64,000 bases of DNA. Origin: Schmidtea polychroa. Taxonomy: Eukaryota. The notes beneath the pieces are model-generated. The model saw only the letters and a program-made list of their open reading frames with translations. It searched no databases and had not been told where the DNA came from. The DNA lies in assembly GCA_044892525.1 (NCBI GenBank), contig CM097885.1:235044001-235108000 (forward strand), written 5' to 3'. Positions 38,980-52,488 of the stretch are shown here, piece by piece. The position numbers were made by a program, and so were the translations under genes. How positions within the stretch are numbered: the first letter of the stretch is position 1; each line of letters starts with the position of its first letter.

Positions 38980-39376
38980 CTGAAATTTAGCAATGTTCTT
39001 CCCCAAAATACCTTTCAATCTTTCTTTGATTTCCTTTCTCTTAATTCTCATTGGTTGTAAATATAATGAATTGTTTTACTAAAAACTTTTAAAATTTTTT
39101 ACATTTAAAATTTCAAAATGACACAAACTAAAAATTTTTAAATTTTTTTACAGCTTCTATAATTAGCTTCTAGAAGCCTAATAAAATATTTGAAAATATT
39201 TTAAATAAAGCCTCCAATAACTACTTATATATGCTATTTAAATATTTCAATAAATGTGTCAATTTTGATTTTCAAACCCTATTTTTTAAAATTTTTTTTT
39301 ACATTATTCTAATTATTACTTTTTAATTTATTCTATTTTTTTTAATTTCTTTATATATTGTCAGTTATTCTCAAAG

Positions 39377-40099
39377 TCAATGACAACAGATCAAATTCAT
39401 GATTTCATTGATTTCTTCTTTAGTGTTGATCTTTGGCTGTCTGTTTATGATGAGAATTGCTTCTTTGATTCTGACATTTTTCTTTTGGATGTTTCCATTA
39501 GCTATGATTTCTATTGAAATATTTTTTCTTTCTTCTGTTGGCTGACACTGCCGGAGATGTCTGCCCAACGAGGATGTTCCACCAGGATCTAGATGTTCTT
39601 TAACTCTTTGGTGCAATGTCCTGAGGGTACTTCCAATGTAGATTTCATTGCATACATTGCACGTGATGCAATAGACGATGTTTTTTCTAAAGCACATATC
39701 TTTCAGTGTCTGGCAGTTTTTCATTGTGCAATTGTTTTCTCTATTTATGTTGCCTGCCAGAGCCCTTCTCAATGTCCAAGATTTATGTGCTATCCGAATT
39801 GGAAGACCGGTACGTTTAAGTTCTTTCAGGATCTTGAAGTCGAGTATGTCACTGATGAATGGGATATTCAGATAGAAATATTTCTGATTCTTTTGTGTTA
39901 ATTCCCTAGATCTTCTTGGGGTAGAATTCATTCTTTCAATGTGCTCACCTTGGTATCCGTTTCGGTGTAGGATTTTATTGAAATTTGATTGCTCTTTAAA
40001 GTTTTCGTTTTTCTCCGTGCATCGATTGGCTATTCTTCGTTTCTCGTTTCTTATGACATGTACTTTCTGTAAGTATGGAAGCGCTGATCTTTGGTGCAT
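39377..40099 (-). CDS. Penelope ORF C-terminus with GIY-YIG endonuclease
   Basis: NIVYCITCNVCNEIYIGSTLRTLHQRVKEH...KEAILI....PKIN. Confidence 0.9.
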   Translation of the reverse strand: MHQRSALPYLQKVHVIRNEKRRIANRCTEKNENFKEQSNFNKILHRNGYQGEHIERMNSTPRRSRELTQKNQKYFYLNIPFISDILDFKILKELKRTGLPIRIAHKSWTLRRALAGNINRENNCTMKNCQTLKDMCFRKNIVYCITCNVCNEIYIGSTLRTLHQRVKEHLDPGGTSSLGRHLRQCQPTEERKNISIEIIANGNIQKKNVRIKEAILIINRQPKINTKEEINEIMNLICCH

Positions 40100-40162
40100 A
40101 AATATTTCTTTGCGAGCTGGTTTTCTGTAGAAATTATTATTATTATTATTATTATTATTTTC

Positions 40163-40226
<64 letters not shown>

Positions 40227-40667
40227 GAATTAAAAAGAGAGTTTGAAGACTATAAATCAGTAATATATCGATGTTTGTTGATACTCACGAATGAAATTCA
40301 CTTGAAAAGGCAGTGCCGAAAATTAGACTCTGCGAAATAGACTCTTTTTTCTTCGAAGTAATTAACTGTAAACTTGAGATTCTTTTACCTGCAATGATAT
40401 TAAAGATATATAAAATACCTATAGCACATCTTAAAGGTCTTGCATTGGGCTTTAAGATGAAGTATCGTCCAATAAAATCTGTTGGCGGGAACATTAATGT
40501 TTGGGATGAAAAAATAGTATGAGCCCTCTGGATCAATTAATTAAAAAAAATGACCTTGACCTTGACCTTGACCTTTTATTTTTAAATTTTTTTTTCTCCA
40601 GGGGGGAGGGGGAGGGGTATATGTGATGCGGGGAGCTCCTGGTCTGGGGAGCCCCAATCCACCTACT

Positions 40668-43040
40668 GAAATACGATAGGCAAAATTTTATATAGTTTCC
40701 TATTTATGTTGCATGTGCTACAAGCAGCACCCAAGTATTTCCCAGTAAAATGATCGTGATCTCTAACAGGATCGACGATACATTTCATGCAAAGGTAACA
40801 CAGAGATGCACTATCAAATTGACGTTGTTCAATATTTGTTAATTTCACCATAGTTTTCCTACCCATTTTATAATAAAAAGGAAAAACTTCATTTAATGCT
40901 ATATCCTCTATAGCACTTAAAAAACTATCGACGCAATCTAAACCTATAAACTGTTGATAAGATTTAAATCCGTCAAAGTTATTAACAAGTAAAAGACCAG
41001 CAGATATTGGCATGTGTCGTTGGAAGTGAACATTATCGGAAGGTAAAATAGCCTCAAAATCGGCATAAACTAAAAAAAGAGGAGTTACTGTTTTCGACCA
41101 GTCAGTAAACTGTAATAATTTATTTTGAAGGAAGGTGTAAAGAGTGGTTCCTAACTAATTTCTTTTACACAATACTTCATGTTTGTCCAGTGCGTGTTTA
41201 TACCTAAACCCATTCAAACACCGCTGGCACCATAATGAACGTATTTGTGTAGGACAACTAGTGTTTATGTGGCAATTCATTCACCTATTTAAGTTGCTTA
41301 TAGCAACGTAATGGAACTTGTTTCCTTTATTTAATAATAATAAATTAATTATAGTTCCATTTAAAACTTTGGAACGATGTATAATATCTAAATGTGGATG
41401 TTTTAATACATAATTGTCGGTTAATTGTATAGTATTGTCATATTTAAAAACATTAATTGTTAAACCTGTATTTTTAGCTTCAAATTTCATAATATCTTTT
41501 AGTTTCATTGGTAATTCTAACGAGTCGTATACTAGGTCAGATAACTTATAACTAGATGTCCTATTTCTAGCATAACTACTAATCTCATCATATTTTAAAA
41601 TAGCTAAAATGCTACATAAAAAACATGAATCATCGGTGTTTTTTATATTAATTAAACAATATTTATTTTTTAGATAAGTTGGTGTTTCAATAAAACTCCT
41701 ACCACTTAATCTACTTAATCTACTTATTTTAGTTATAGTGAAATGGATTTCTGTTATATTTTTTATAATCCAACTACTTCCTAACTCTGTAATATTAGTG
41801 ATTTTTTCATTTAATTCCCTAATGCCTTCATCAAAAAATGATGCAGTTAATGGCTTTGCGTAATTGGAGATATTATTAACTTTTATTTCCCGTCTTTTTC
41901 AAATTCGATTGTTATTCCGAATTGAATTTTGACGGAGCCTAATTCGTAAATAATATCTCTTAATTTATTTATTAATAATTCTGGAAATATTATTTCCTTT
42001 ATATTTAAGTCGCTTGTATTTAAGCTCAATATTTGGTGGGTGCCTCTTAAATCTCTTTGTACTTTCGGTACATTTCCACCTATTTGTATTATATTTAATC
42101 CATCCCAAGAATCAAAGGAAGTGAATAATCCATCATTGGATTCAACAATCAATTCATCCTGGGATTCAACAAAAGACAATCCGTCCTGGGATTCAACAAC
42201 CAATCCGACCTGGGATTCAACAAAAGACAATCCGTCCTGTGATTCAACAAAAGACAATCCGTAATGGGATTCAACAACCAATCCGACCTGGGATTCAAAA
42301 GAAGAAGTATCTAATTTAATTTTTTTATTTGTATTATTTTTTTCTATAGTTGAGGGTCTTTTAAAAACACTGTTTTTTTTAAAATTACACCTATCTAAAT
42401 GATTTTATGTTTATTGTAAAACGTGATATATGTTACAGGGTCACTAGTTTTGCATATGGGGCATATAAAATAAGTTTTATTATAATATTTTTTCATGTAA
42501 TAATTCTCCATTATAGAATGACAATTATTATCATGTTTTTTTGACGAACAATAATTTGGGTAAAGTATACCTATAAAATAAAAATTTAATAAAAAAAATA
42601 TAATTTAAATGAAATATTTTAATAAATGTTTACGCAAAAGTTTGCAAATTATTATTATTTTACAAATTTTATTTACTAAAAAATGAAAATTTACTAAATT
42701 AAAAATATTAACATTTACTTAAATAAAAAATTATATTAAATTTCCTTTAAATTATAAAAAGTAATCAATACTTACATTGTAAATTTTCATTTCGATTTAT
42801 TGACACAATGACATAATATTTCTCTTTATTCGTATTACCTAAATTATTAATTAATTAAATCAATAAATTATAAATTATGTTTACTTTTTCTTTTCAAATT
42901 TCCTTTAATCTTCGATTTTAAATTGTCTTCATTAATATTATCTAAATTAATTAATAAATTAATTAATCAATAAATTAAAATTTACCAAATTTCTGAATAT
43001 TTTCTCGGACATTCATAACGTCTTCTATTAAAGAATTCAT
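40668..43040 (-). pseudogene. N-terminal half of a second Polinton pPolB gene with its spliced leader exons; abuts a TIR end at 40667
   Basis: IQIGG, LGSSWI, KHPHLDIIHRSK, VYADFEA and MPISAGLLL match the intact pPolB; several stops and frameshifts; small GT..AG exons at 42780-43040. Confidence 0.88.
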
Positions 43041-44482
43041 TTTTAAAGGTTAACTATTTGTTAAATGTGACTAATGAGGGATTATTGTTTATAGATTATT
43101 ATTGTTTATAGGAACAAATTCTAACCAATCAAAATCAAGGAAGGGTAGGAAAAAAATATATTACGTTGCGGTATTTTAAAATTAAAATTTATTTCAAAAA
43201 CACATTTTGACGCTAAAGTCGACTTATGTAACAAAGACATAATAAACTTATTATTTTCTACAAATTTTTACCATCATATTAATACCTAACTGGAGATGAT
43301 ATATATTGTTTGATCATAATTCTTCATTGATTCAACCAATCATTTTCAAGCAGTAACAGCAAACTAAATTTCAGTATCTTACAATAATTAACAAGTAAAT
43401 TTAAAGTCCTTGATAAAGCTAACTGGTTTCTTAGCTTATGTTTTTTAAAGTTCATCAATGTGTAAATATTCTTAGAAAATTATTGAAAAAATTATTTAGT
43501 CAAATGCATTACAAATTCATCTAAAATTAAACCTATAACTTGATTATTAACCTAACAGTCATTAAAAAATTAATTTTTATTTAAAATTTAACAAATTATC
43601 AAGAAATTCAATTAAAATAATCATTAAAACTTTAAATTTTTAATAAATCAACATGAAATTCTTAGAAAATATATGAAAAAAAATATTTAGTCAAATTCAA
43701 TTACATTCCAAAGTCATATCCTATCACGTGATTATTAACCTAACTGTCATCAAAAATAATTTTTATTTAAAATTAAAAAACCAATCAATAAAAATGCATC
43801 CAATTATCAAGAAATTAATTAAATTTATCTAAGAACTAACTTAAAATTTTTAAATATTCATTCAATCCTCATGAAATTCACGAAAATGATAAAAATTCAC
43901 AAAAACCATCAACTCTAAAAAAATACTAATGAATACCTTAAACACCAAAATTTATCTAAATAATCTTTCAAATTAATTCATTAAAATTGAAGACAACACG
44001 CCCTATTTTGTCATTACATTCAAATAAAATTAAATAAATCAAGATAAGAACTTTGATAAAAAATATAATAACATAACGAGTCCTGAGAACTCGTCCGTAC
44101 CAGAGGGTATTTATCGACGAACCCAGTGGCATATACCACTGAGTCGGTACGACCTCCGACGACCCCACAACATATAAATACAAATAAATGCGTGCCAGGT
44201 GGTGACCTGCATACGTCAAGGGCTGTTTGTCAGTGACGCTAAAATTTGAGAGTTTAGATGCAAGACGGATCAACATCGAAGATTATTTGATTCGATTTTG
44301 ACATTTTACACCGTAAATAGAAGTAAAGAAATTTTTGAAAATTTATCATTGAAATTTATATTAATAAGCGTATTAAAATAATATCATAATAAAACAAAAT
44401 ATAATCCTTACTAATAGTTTCCGATTTGATTTCACAAAATAATTTTTGGCATAAAAACAGTGTTTTGTGACTAAAATGTAGC

Positions 44483-44517
<35 letters not shown>

Positions 44518-44839
44518 TTATTTTTGTGTGTGCAAATACGTGTGTGTGCGTTGATGCAGTAAAACAAACTCGAATTCTTTTTAATTCTAGAATATTCTAT
44601 TTTACATTTTTGATGATTTTAATGGCAATTTTAGTGCCATAATTTTTATTTTTATTTTTAAATTATTTTTTGTTAAATTTGCCTCCATGATGGATTTGGG
44701 CATTTCCAGAACATTCCATATTAAATTAAAGTTAATTTTTATTTTAACATCGTTTTTTCTGAATTCCTTTCTTAAATTTTTATTTTTAAAACTAATTTAT
44801 TTATTTTTATTAACTTTCATTAATTTGAATGGCTTACAC

Positions 44840-47297
44840 CAGTGGTGCCCAACCTAGTGCCCGCCGGCAAAAAAGTGCCCGTGGAGACTTTTTCAAATGC
44901 CCGTGGGTGTTTTTCTAAATGCGGTTAAAGAAAATATCAATTTTTAACATTAAGATGTATAATGTTTCAATGAGAATTACAAGCGCATTTTTAATTTTCG
45001 AAATTAAAATTAATCAATCCCAACAATTAATTATTAAATGGGAATTCCAAGAAAATTAAATTTTTTCCTACTTTAAATTAAAATTAATTAACTCAAATAT
45101 CGTTACATCGTTAGTTAAAAAACTCTATTTAAATCAGTCAACCAAAAACAATCTCTCAGTGTGGACAACAATTTATCCAAATAAAAAAAATAATTTTTGT
45201 TTTTACAAAAATGTCTCTCAGCTAAGGGATGTCTCAAAAAAGAAAACGTGAAGATGAAAAATCTGCGCAACAAGTGTTAAGAAATAACTGGGAAGAACAA
45301 TTTTTGTTCACACATTCACAATCATCAAGGCCAATTTGTCTGATTTGTAATGACACAGTTGCAGTCTATAAAAAATACAATGTGGAACGTCATTTTAATC
45401 AGATGCATTCAGAATTCAAAATCAAATACCCAATTGGATCTGCAGACAGAACTGACTTTATTTCAAAGAGAAAATCGAAACTTGCAGTTCAGCAAACATT
45501 TTTTACCAAAAGACAAGAAGAAATGCACGGTATGACAAAAGCTTCCTTTCAAATTTCCCTGCTGCTTGCCAGATTAAAAAAAAGTTATTCAGATGGTGAA
45601 ATGGTAAAAGAGGCAATTTCTATTTTTGCTGAAAACTCAGGTGACCCAAAAAACAAATTGCTGTCCAAAAACATAGCACTTTCAAGAAATACAGTTACTC
45701 GGAGAATTGAAGAAATGGCCAATGATGTCTCAAAACAAATTATTGTTGCTGCTTCACTTTCAAAATACTTTTCAATTGCAATTGATGAAAGCTGTGATGC
45801 AACTGACAGTGCTCAATTACTGGTTTATATAAGATGTGTCAATGAAAACTTCGATGTTGTTCAGGAACTTCTTGGCCTTTGTCAACTGAAAACCACAACA
45901 ACTGGAGCCGATATCTTTGAAGCACTGAAAGATTGTGTGGAAAATTCAAGCATCAACGAGTATAAGCTCAACTGGAATCAACTGGAAAGTATCTGCACAG
46001 ATGGAGTTCCTGCAATGGTTGGAAAAAACAACGGTTGTGTTTCCCTTCTAGAAAAATATCTAAAAAGAAAACTTTTTAAGTACCATTGCATTATTCATCA
46101 AGAAGTTCTTTGCTCAAAGGATATGGAATTCAAGCATGTTATTGACACAGCTGTGCACTGTATTAACAAGGTTAGAGCACGATCTCTAAATAGAAGAGAG
46201 TTCCGATCCCTGTTTGAAGAGGAAACCGATGAATGTGGTGAACTTTTGCTCCATTGCTCTGTTCGCTGGTTGTCAAAGGGAAAAATGCTGTCAAGATTTT
46301 TCCAGTTAAGGACCCAAGTACTGCAATTTTTGGAAGAAAAAAAAGAGTTACCTACCAAGTGTGATCTTTTGAAAAACAATTCCTGGTTGAGTGAATTGGC
46401 TTTTCTTGTTGATGTCACAAATTACCTGAACATCATGAACACAGGATTGCAAGGTGAAAATAGTTTGTTCTCAACACTATTCAATCAAATCAATGCATTT
46501 AAGGCAAAATTAAAACTGTTTTATAACAGTCTTTCTCAAGGAAATCTGGATCTTTTCCCCACGCTTCAGAAATTTCAACTTGAAAGTTCAATCACTGTCA
46601 ACTTGGACTATGAAAAATACAAACTTGCCATTATGAATTTGTCTCATTCATTTTCTTCTCGATTTTCTGACTTTGAGGCAGAGAAGGATAACATTTTATT
46701 GTTCATTAATCCATTCTCTATATCAGAAAGTGAAATCAGCAAGTATTCTCCAAAAATACAGATGGAAATTACTGACATTCAAAACCACACAGGATTAAAG
46801 AGAAAGTTTCAAGAGCTTTGTGAATCACCTATTTCACCCGACTTAAAAGCATTCTGGAAGCTTGTTCCAAAAAATGACTATCCTGAACTTAACAAATTGG
46901 CACTCCGGTTTGTGGTCAAATTTGGATCAACTTACATTTGTGAGAAGACATTTTCTTCAATGAACTACATAAAAAGCAAATTCAGATGTTCACTCACTGA
47001 TGCTCACTTGGAAAACCTCATTCTATTATCAAATTCAAAAATCAATCCTGATATTGATCAACTTGTTAGCCAGACTCAAATTCAAAAGCCGCATTAAAAT
47101 GATGTTATAAATAAATTTGTTTGTTTTGTTTCACATTATTATTTTTATTATTTTAAATTTTTAATACAAATGCATGTTTCCTAATAAAAAGATTGTTATA
47201 AGATCATTTTTCTATTAACTAATTTTTCAAAAATGTGCCCGCAAAGACTTTTTCATTTAAATAGTTGCCCACTTGATAAAAAGGTTGGGCACCACTG
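44840..47297 (+). mobile_element. Intact hAT DNA transposon (Buster/Charlie/SPIN group), 2458 bp
   Basis: Perfect 16-bp TIRs CAGTGGTGCCCAACCT; 8-bp TSD GCTTACAC (44832-44839 and 47298-47305) with the central TA typical of Buster elements. Confidence 0.97.
45229..47097 (+). CDS. hAT transposase (GTF2IRD2/SPIN-like), 622 aa
   Basis: BED-like CLIC..RHF..H; catalytic DES, TDG and CEKTFS; CIIH and RWLS motifs; hATC dimerisation tail. Confidence 0.96.
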   Translation: MSQKRKREDEKSAQQVLRNNWEEQFLFTHSQSSRPICLICNDTVAVYKKYNVERHFNQMHSEFKIKYPIGSADRTDFISKRKSKLAVQQTFFTKRQEEMHGMTKASFQISLLLARLKKSYSDGEMVKEAISIFAENSGDPKNKLLSKNIALSRNTVTRRIEEMANDVSKQIIVAASLSKYFSIAIDESCDATDSAQLLVYIRCVNENFDVVQELLGLCQLKTTTTGADIFEALKDCVENSSINEYKLNWNQLESICTDGVPAMVGKNNGCVSLLEKYLKRKLFKYHCIIHQEVLCSKDMEFKHVIDTAVHCINKVRARSLNRREFRSLFEEETDECGELLLHCSVRWLSKGKMLSRFFQLRTQVLQFLEEKKELPTKCDLLKNNSWLSELAFLVDVTNYLNIMNTGLQGENSLFSTLFNQINAFKAKLKLFYNSLSQGNLDLFPTLQKFQLESSITVNLDYEKYKLAIMNLSHSFSSRFSDFEAEKDNILLFINPFSISESEISKYSPKIQMEITDIQNHTGLKRKFQELCESPISPDLKAFWKLVPKNDYPELNKLALRFVVKFGSTYICEKTFSSMNYIKSKFRCSLTDAHLENLILLSNSKINPDIDQLVSQTQIQKPH

Positions 47298-48116
47298 GCT
47301 TACACGATGGATTTTTTCCATTTTTATGGATTGTTCTGGATTTTGTCTAGAATTTAGCATTATTACTATCTTTCGACTTTATTCGAGTTTGCTTTTTTGT
47401 ATTTTTATATTTCTCTGTTATGTTTGAATCAATTTTCTTGTAATACTTCTTGCATTTGTTAGATTTTATTTTTTAATTCAAATGTTTTTTATTTTGTGTT
47501 AGTTTTTCTTAATTATTATTGTTTATTTGATGTTCTATGTTTGCTATTTAACTAAACTTATTGCTAGGTGTGCATGTTATGTACCACCACATTTTTGTCA
47601 CATTTACAAGATTTTGGGTCTAGGAATCAGTTCTAGCCCAACAATAGTGGAAAAAAATTTGTAGGGCTGAAATGTGCAGACGAGGAACCTGATCTTGAGG
47701 GGAAACCCGAACTAAAATTTAACTATAATGAGTAACAATAAATTCAGAATAAGGGCAAATATTAGGTCAAGAAGAGGCTACACAGTATAAAATTCGTATA
47801 AAGTTACTTAAAATTATTAAAAATATCAAGTAAAACAAAAATAATTACACCCATTACATGTAAACTAATAAACGAGTTCGGAACACAACTCGACCGGAGT
47901 TTTTGACTTATTGATAAACATATTGCGTACTTTCCATGAAGTTGACACTATCCTTTCTCTATCATATTGTGCAATTGCATATTCCTGCATATATTAATAT
48001 ATTAATTTAAGTATAATTTTTTTAAAATAATTAAATGTTTTTATAAAATAAAAAATTTTTTTATATATAATTAATAAATTTGTTTAAAATCCTTAATTTA
48101 ATTAGTTATTATATCC

Positions 48117-48155
48117 CACCTGATGATGACAGGAAAACTATCGAAATATATCGTG
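48117..48155 (+). ncRNA. Second copy of the minimal hammerhead ribozyme (one stem II mismatch)
   Basis: cac-CTGATGA-t-GACAG gaaaa CTATC-GAAA-tata-TC-gtg, inside a copy (48040-48360) of 21916-22220. Confidence 0.65.
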
Positions 48156-48360
48156 AAAAGAATGTTTGATTGGCGTTATCTTATAATAATAATAATTATA
48201 AGAACTTTTATTTCTGCCAATTTTACCACTGATTATTTTATCCATTGAATTAAAAAGAGAGTTTGAAGACAATAAATCAGTAATATATCGATGTTTGTTG
48301 ATACTGATTTTGATATTTGATATTGATTTTCGGCACTGCCTTTTCAAGTGAATTTCATTC

Positions 48361-48700
48361 ATAGTAATATTTTGGTTAATTTCTCTACTTTTTCGATAAA
48401 GCGGTCTGACTCGGATCCTTATTCATAATTTAGAGCTTCCATTAAGTCTTCGAATAATGATTTTGGCCTCGAAAATGCTGATCTGAGCTTCTTTTCGAAT
48501 GTTTTCCTTCTGCTTTTTCATATTCATCGTATAATGGTTTATCCAACAGAGTGGTAACCAGAATCATCTGCATCTTGACAGATGTTTTCGTAATATAAAA
48601 ATTTTTTGCATTCATTGATGAACTCTTTCAGGTCGTCGTCTTTGTGGAATCTTTCTGGTAGCAACCTGCTAATCAATAGTTTTGTTGGCGTGGTCGCCAT
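48361..48700 (-). pseudogene. Degraded gag-like fragment
   Basis: LLPERF..DDDLKEFINECKKF and ...EKKLRSAF resemble a retrotransposon capsid N-terminus; frameshifted. Confidence 0.35.
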
Positions 48701-48911
48701 GTTAGCAGCAACAACATCAAACTCGTTTCGGTATCTATTAATAAAATTACTTAATAAAATTACCAAAATAAAACACCTAACTAAAACTTATTCTATTCAC
48801 AAAACTGGGCTTTTTTCGTAATATATAAACAAATATCTTTGAGGCTTTTCTTTCAATTTTGATATTGATTTCAATGTTGCTTTAATTTATTAATTAAGTA
48901 ATAATATATAT

Positions 48912-50210
48912 TGTTGGGGTTGGTACTCGGTTGGCTGTTTCGTTCGTGGCTAGTCTAAAGGTTGATTGCCCGTCCTGCATAGAATACTCTCACATTTCCA
49001 ACCCGGAGTAGAACCCCCCCATAACTTGCACTCCAACATAGTGCCCGTGAATTGATTCACATTGGTACTGCACTATGCAGGCGAGACACCAGTAAGCAGG
49101 TGAGCTTCTGCCTTAAAACTACTCCTTACTGAGGCCTCGACTTCCCCTACTAGACGGCCGATAGAAGGTCTTACGTCATTTCGAACTATCCGAATATCTC
49201 AATTACCGGTAGATTTAATGCCAATTGGCTGACACTCATCAAACTTCGAAAAATCTATGTGCATTTCTATGTTCAACCCTTACAAATGAAAAAACAACTG
49301 GAACAGAATAAATTTATTTCTTTTTCAAATATAAACAACAAAAATGAATATACACAGTTGGATGGTATGACAGAGGGCCATACGTAGTAGTAATAATGCA
49401 GTCGATATTCACTAGACTTTCTGCTTAAGAGTCTCATTTTCCCCACTCGGTATCTCGTAATAAATCATCGATGTCGAAGAATTCAGAAGCGTTTTCTTCC
49501 CATACTACGCCTGCGGCTGATATAATTCGCGCGGGGACCCCAATGGTCAAGTCTATCACCGCGGAACTGGTGTTTTGATTGGTCGGATTTTCCGCAGAGG
49601 CCTTGCTCTGACTACCTAGATTGCGTTCGCGCTGTCTCTTTTTGCGCTCCGCACGTGACAGTTGTTTGCGCTTAGGCTTGTTCGGAGCGGCAGTTTGTTG
49701 AAGCGTAGTTGATGTGGACGTACTAGGGGTTAACGCCTTGCTAGTACCCCTGAAGATAATATCTGGCTGCTTGGGCGACAGTTCTGCTTCGACGCAACCT
49801 TGGCAAGATCTTTTGAGCGGTGGAGACAGATTTGAGGAAGTATTATGATGAGGCGGGAAGATATTGTCGGCTTCTTTGATTGGGATCTGTACGATCTTCC
49901 GTGTTGTGGCTGCTTGCACGTAGACTTTGTGCAGCGCTTCTGCCTGTTCTTTAATAAGACTTCTTTGGGCACGGCTCTCAGATATTAGCGCGTCCCGGCA
50001 ATGCTCGCTACGATGGAGCTTCTTTTGGATCTCCTTCATTTGAACGGGGGTGAACCAAGTGCCCTCCAGTTCATCTATCTTCTTCTTGTATCGCCCGATT
50101 TGGGTTTGAAGATCCTTTATTATCGCGTTTTTATCCGCCCAAGAGAAGCACGGACGTAATGCTGATGTAGTGGCTGGTATCATGCTTGCTATAAAGAATA
50201 CTAATGAAAT
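48912..50210 (-). repeat. Diverged copy of the long LTR at 61262 onward (right boundary uncertain)
   Basis: TGTTGGGGTTGGTACTCGGTTG versus TGCTGGGGTAGTGCTCGGTTG; shared block CTCCAACATAG...CCAGTAAGCAGGTGAGC...ACTACTCCTTACTGAGGCCTCGA; homologous ORF. Confidence 0.75.
49434..50183 (-). CDS. LTR-encoded protein: coiled coil, basic NLS-like tract, VIDLT motif, acidic-aromatic tail
   Basis: Intact 249-aa ORF, strongly conserved at protein level with 61834-62576. Confidence 0.75.
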   Translation of the reverse strand: MIPATTSALRPCFSWADKNAIIKDLQTQIGRYKKKIDELEGTWFTPVQMKEIQKKLHRSEHCRDALISESRAQRSLIKEQAEALHKVYVQAATTRKIVQIPIKEADNIFPPHHNTSSNLSPPLKRSCQGCVEAELSPKQPDIIFRGTSKALTPSTSTSTTLQQTAAPNKPKRKQLSRAERKKRQRERNLGSQSKASAENPTNQNTSSAVIDLTIGVPARIISAAGVVWEENASEFFDIDDLLRDTEWGK

Positions 50211-51411
50211 GTAGAATATACTATTTTCGACACAAATTAGATACGACCCACGGCCATTCGTGGATGCTCGACCGATGAAAAGAAGAGAAGACTTATTCTA
50301 CAATCCGGTTTTACTACAGATCTTATTTACTAAAACGGCTTATTTAACCAAATGCTATCGACTTGACGAATGCTTTTGACTTCGATTCTCTACTGATCTG
50401 ATTGTATACTTGAGGGATGCAGTAGTTAATAGTATTATAGGTATAATATTGACAAAGTAATATAATGACGCTTTAGTAAAGGGGACATTATAGTATTCAA
50501 TCAAAAAAAAATATTTACAGGTTATCTATTTTCATTTATCAAAAACAAATCACGGATATTTCGCTAGCTAATTAGTGTGGAACTATCGCCATCCCTCAAC
50601 ATATTTTAATTCAAAATTCATTATTGGAAGTACTTTATTGATTCAACAGTTAATTTCGTTATCTGTGCTGTCTACTATTTATCTGGGAGAACGTCTGAAA
50701 GTTTTTCACGGGTGCGTGAGGATTCCACATCAGCTGTTGCCTTAACACCCTAAGTTACATTATTTCGTAGAGATGGGAAATCTCACCGGTCACGACATAT
50801 GTCTAAATTCACTGCTACTGATGTTGACTAGTTGATTTTCCCTAAAAATTGTTAAATGGCTTACGAAAACTTAGCAAGTTATATATTTAATTATTTTTAA
50901 AAAGAAACTAATTAAATAGTAAAATTTGATACACTTCCACCTTTAATTCATTATATTTAATTATTTATGTGCAAAACACCGAGTTTAGGAATTTCAACAG
51001 TTGGGCTTAAGAACGTACGATCGCGCAATAGCGGTTATCATGACTCGGTATTCACTTTCTCTGTGGCCGATGATTCTTATCTAATCATTGGAAACTACTG
51101 GCTGCGTGTTGGCAAGAAGTTCTCATGTCAATCGGTAAATGTGAACTCGCTTATTGCTGAGTCTAATCGCAGAGAAAAACAAATGGGTGACACATGGAAA
51201 ATTTTCTCATCTGATTACGTTAGTACTTTAATTCAGACATAAACTCGGGGAATTCTCCCGGATCACCGCTGAATGCCTTTACGGACAGAGCGGGATATCT
51301 GGCAAATGCATTTACATTAGCTTCCTCTGCCATTTGATTTTCCAGTTTTACTCTGGCTCTAGTTCCTAACGCTATTTTGTTTTAATTCAATATCTACCCG
51401 CTGATAATGTT

Positions 51412-51894
51412 ATCACGTCGGGCTCACCAAAATGTTAGGTTCGAGGGGTAGGTAGTCAAACTAACACAAAAAACGTTTTATCTGACTCCAATAAATAATT
51501 TATGCGTATAGGTAATAAATAAGAAATATGATTTACAATATTTATTAATGATAAAAATTACACGATTGTTTATTTGTACAAATTATTTCACGCTGCTCTC
51601 TGAAGAAAAGTAAACGGTTATGCAAACCGCCCTGAAGAATATTTCTACGAATCAAGGCTGGCCCTAAATGCGCCAACAGCCCGATATAAGTGAAAGGAAA
51701 AAGATAGGGAAGATCACCAAATTTTACGCGATAGAGTCAATCCAGAACTGGTTAACCCTTTAAATTATATTTGAAACGAAACAGCTACAAAAATATGTGC
51801 TGACGTTGCAATCCCCTTTAATTTAAATAAATGAATATATTTATATGTATATATATTTCAAATCAAAAATACTAACTAATTAATTATTCCAACA
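51412..51894 (-). mobile_element. Remnant of a separate LTR element: ~460-bp LTR (51433-51894) and tRNA-Trp PBS (51412-51429)
   Basis: Minus strand TGGTGAGCCCGACGTGAT, 1 mismatch to the Trp PBS TGGTGACCCCGACGTGAT; TGTTAGG...CCAACA ends. Confidence 0.6.
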
Positions 51895-52488
51895 AGGGCA
51901 AGATAAAACCACAGATTGGTTGTCGAACTTGCTACAATTATTTCCTCCTTTTTCTTTAATAATTAATACTCCAATAGAAATTGGAGTTACGATATTGTAT
52001 AGATGATGCGAAAATCCTGATAAAAATATTCTTTGGTCCCGAAGAATTTCGTAATAGATAATTCCAAATTATTTGTTAATCAATAATCGTTGATTGACTA
52101 AGACTGTTAAATTATGATCTGTATCCATCTGTCTCTTAATGCGAGCTAATCAATTTTGATTTATGTCGACTTTTGTTTTGAACTACTTTTAATCCGATCG
52201 TTTTCTCTCGTCCCTTCACAATGAAATTTTTGTGGTATTTATATTAGTTTATTTGTATTAAATCTATTTATAGTAATTGTTTAATTCCTATTTTTATTAT
52301 ATATTTTTAAATAATTTCTATAATTCTATTTATAGTAATTATTTATTACTAATTATATTTTAGTTTTAATTTTAGTATTTAATTTCTATTTTTGGTAATT
52401 TTAAAATACTATTTTTATTTTACTTCATATTTTAGTAATTAATTATTATTTTAATTATTATTTAATTTCGAACCTTCAATTACGGTTC

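Larger units (their letters stand above)
38890..40133 (-). mobile_element. 5'-truncated Penelope-like retroelement inserted in an (AAT)n tract
   Basis: RT-thumb remnant FYRKP...H..SALP, GIY-YIG endonuclease ORF and 3' hammerhead; microsatellite on both sides. Confidence 0.88.
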
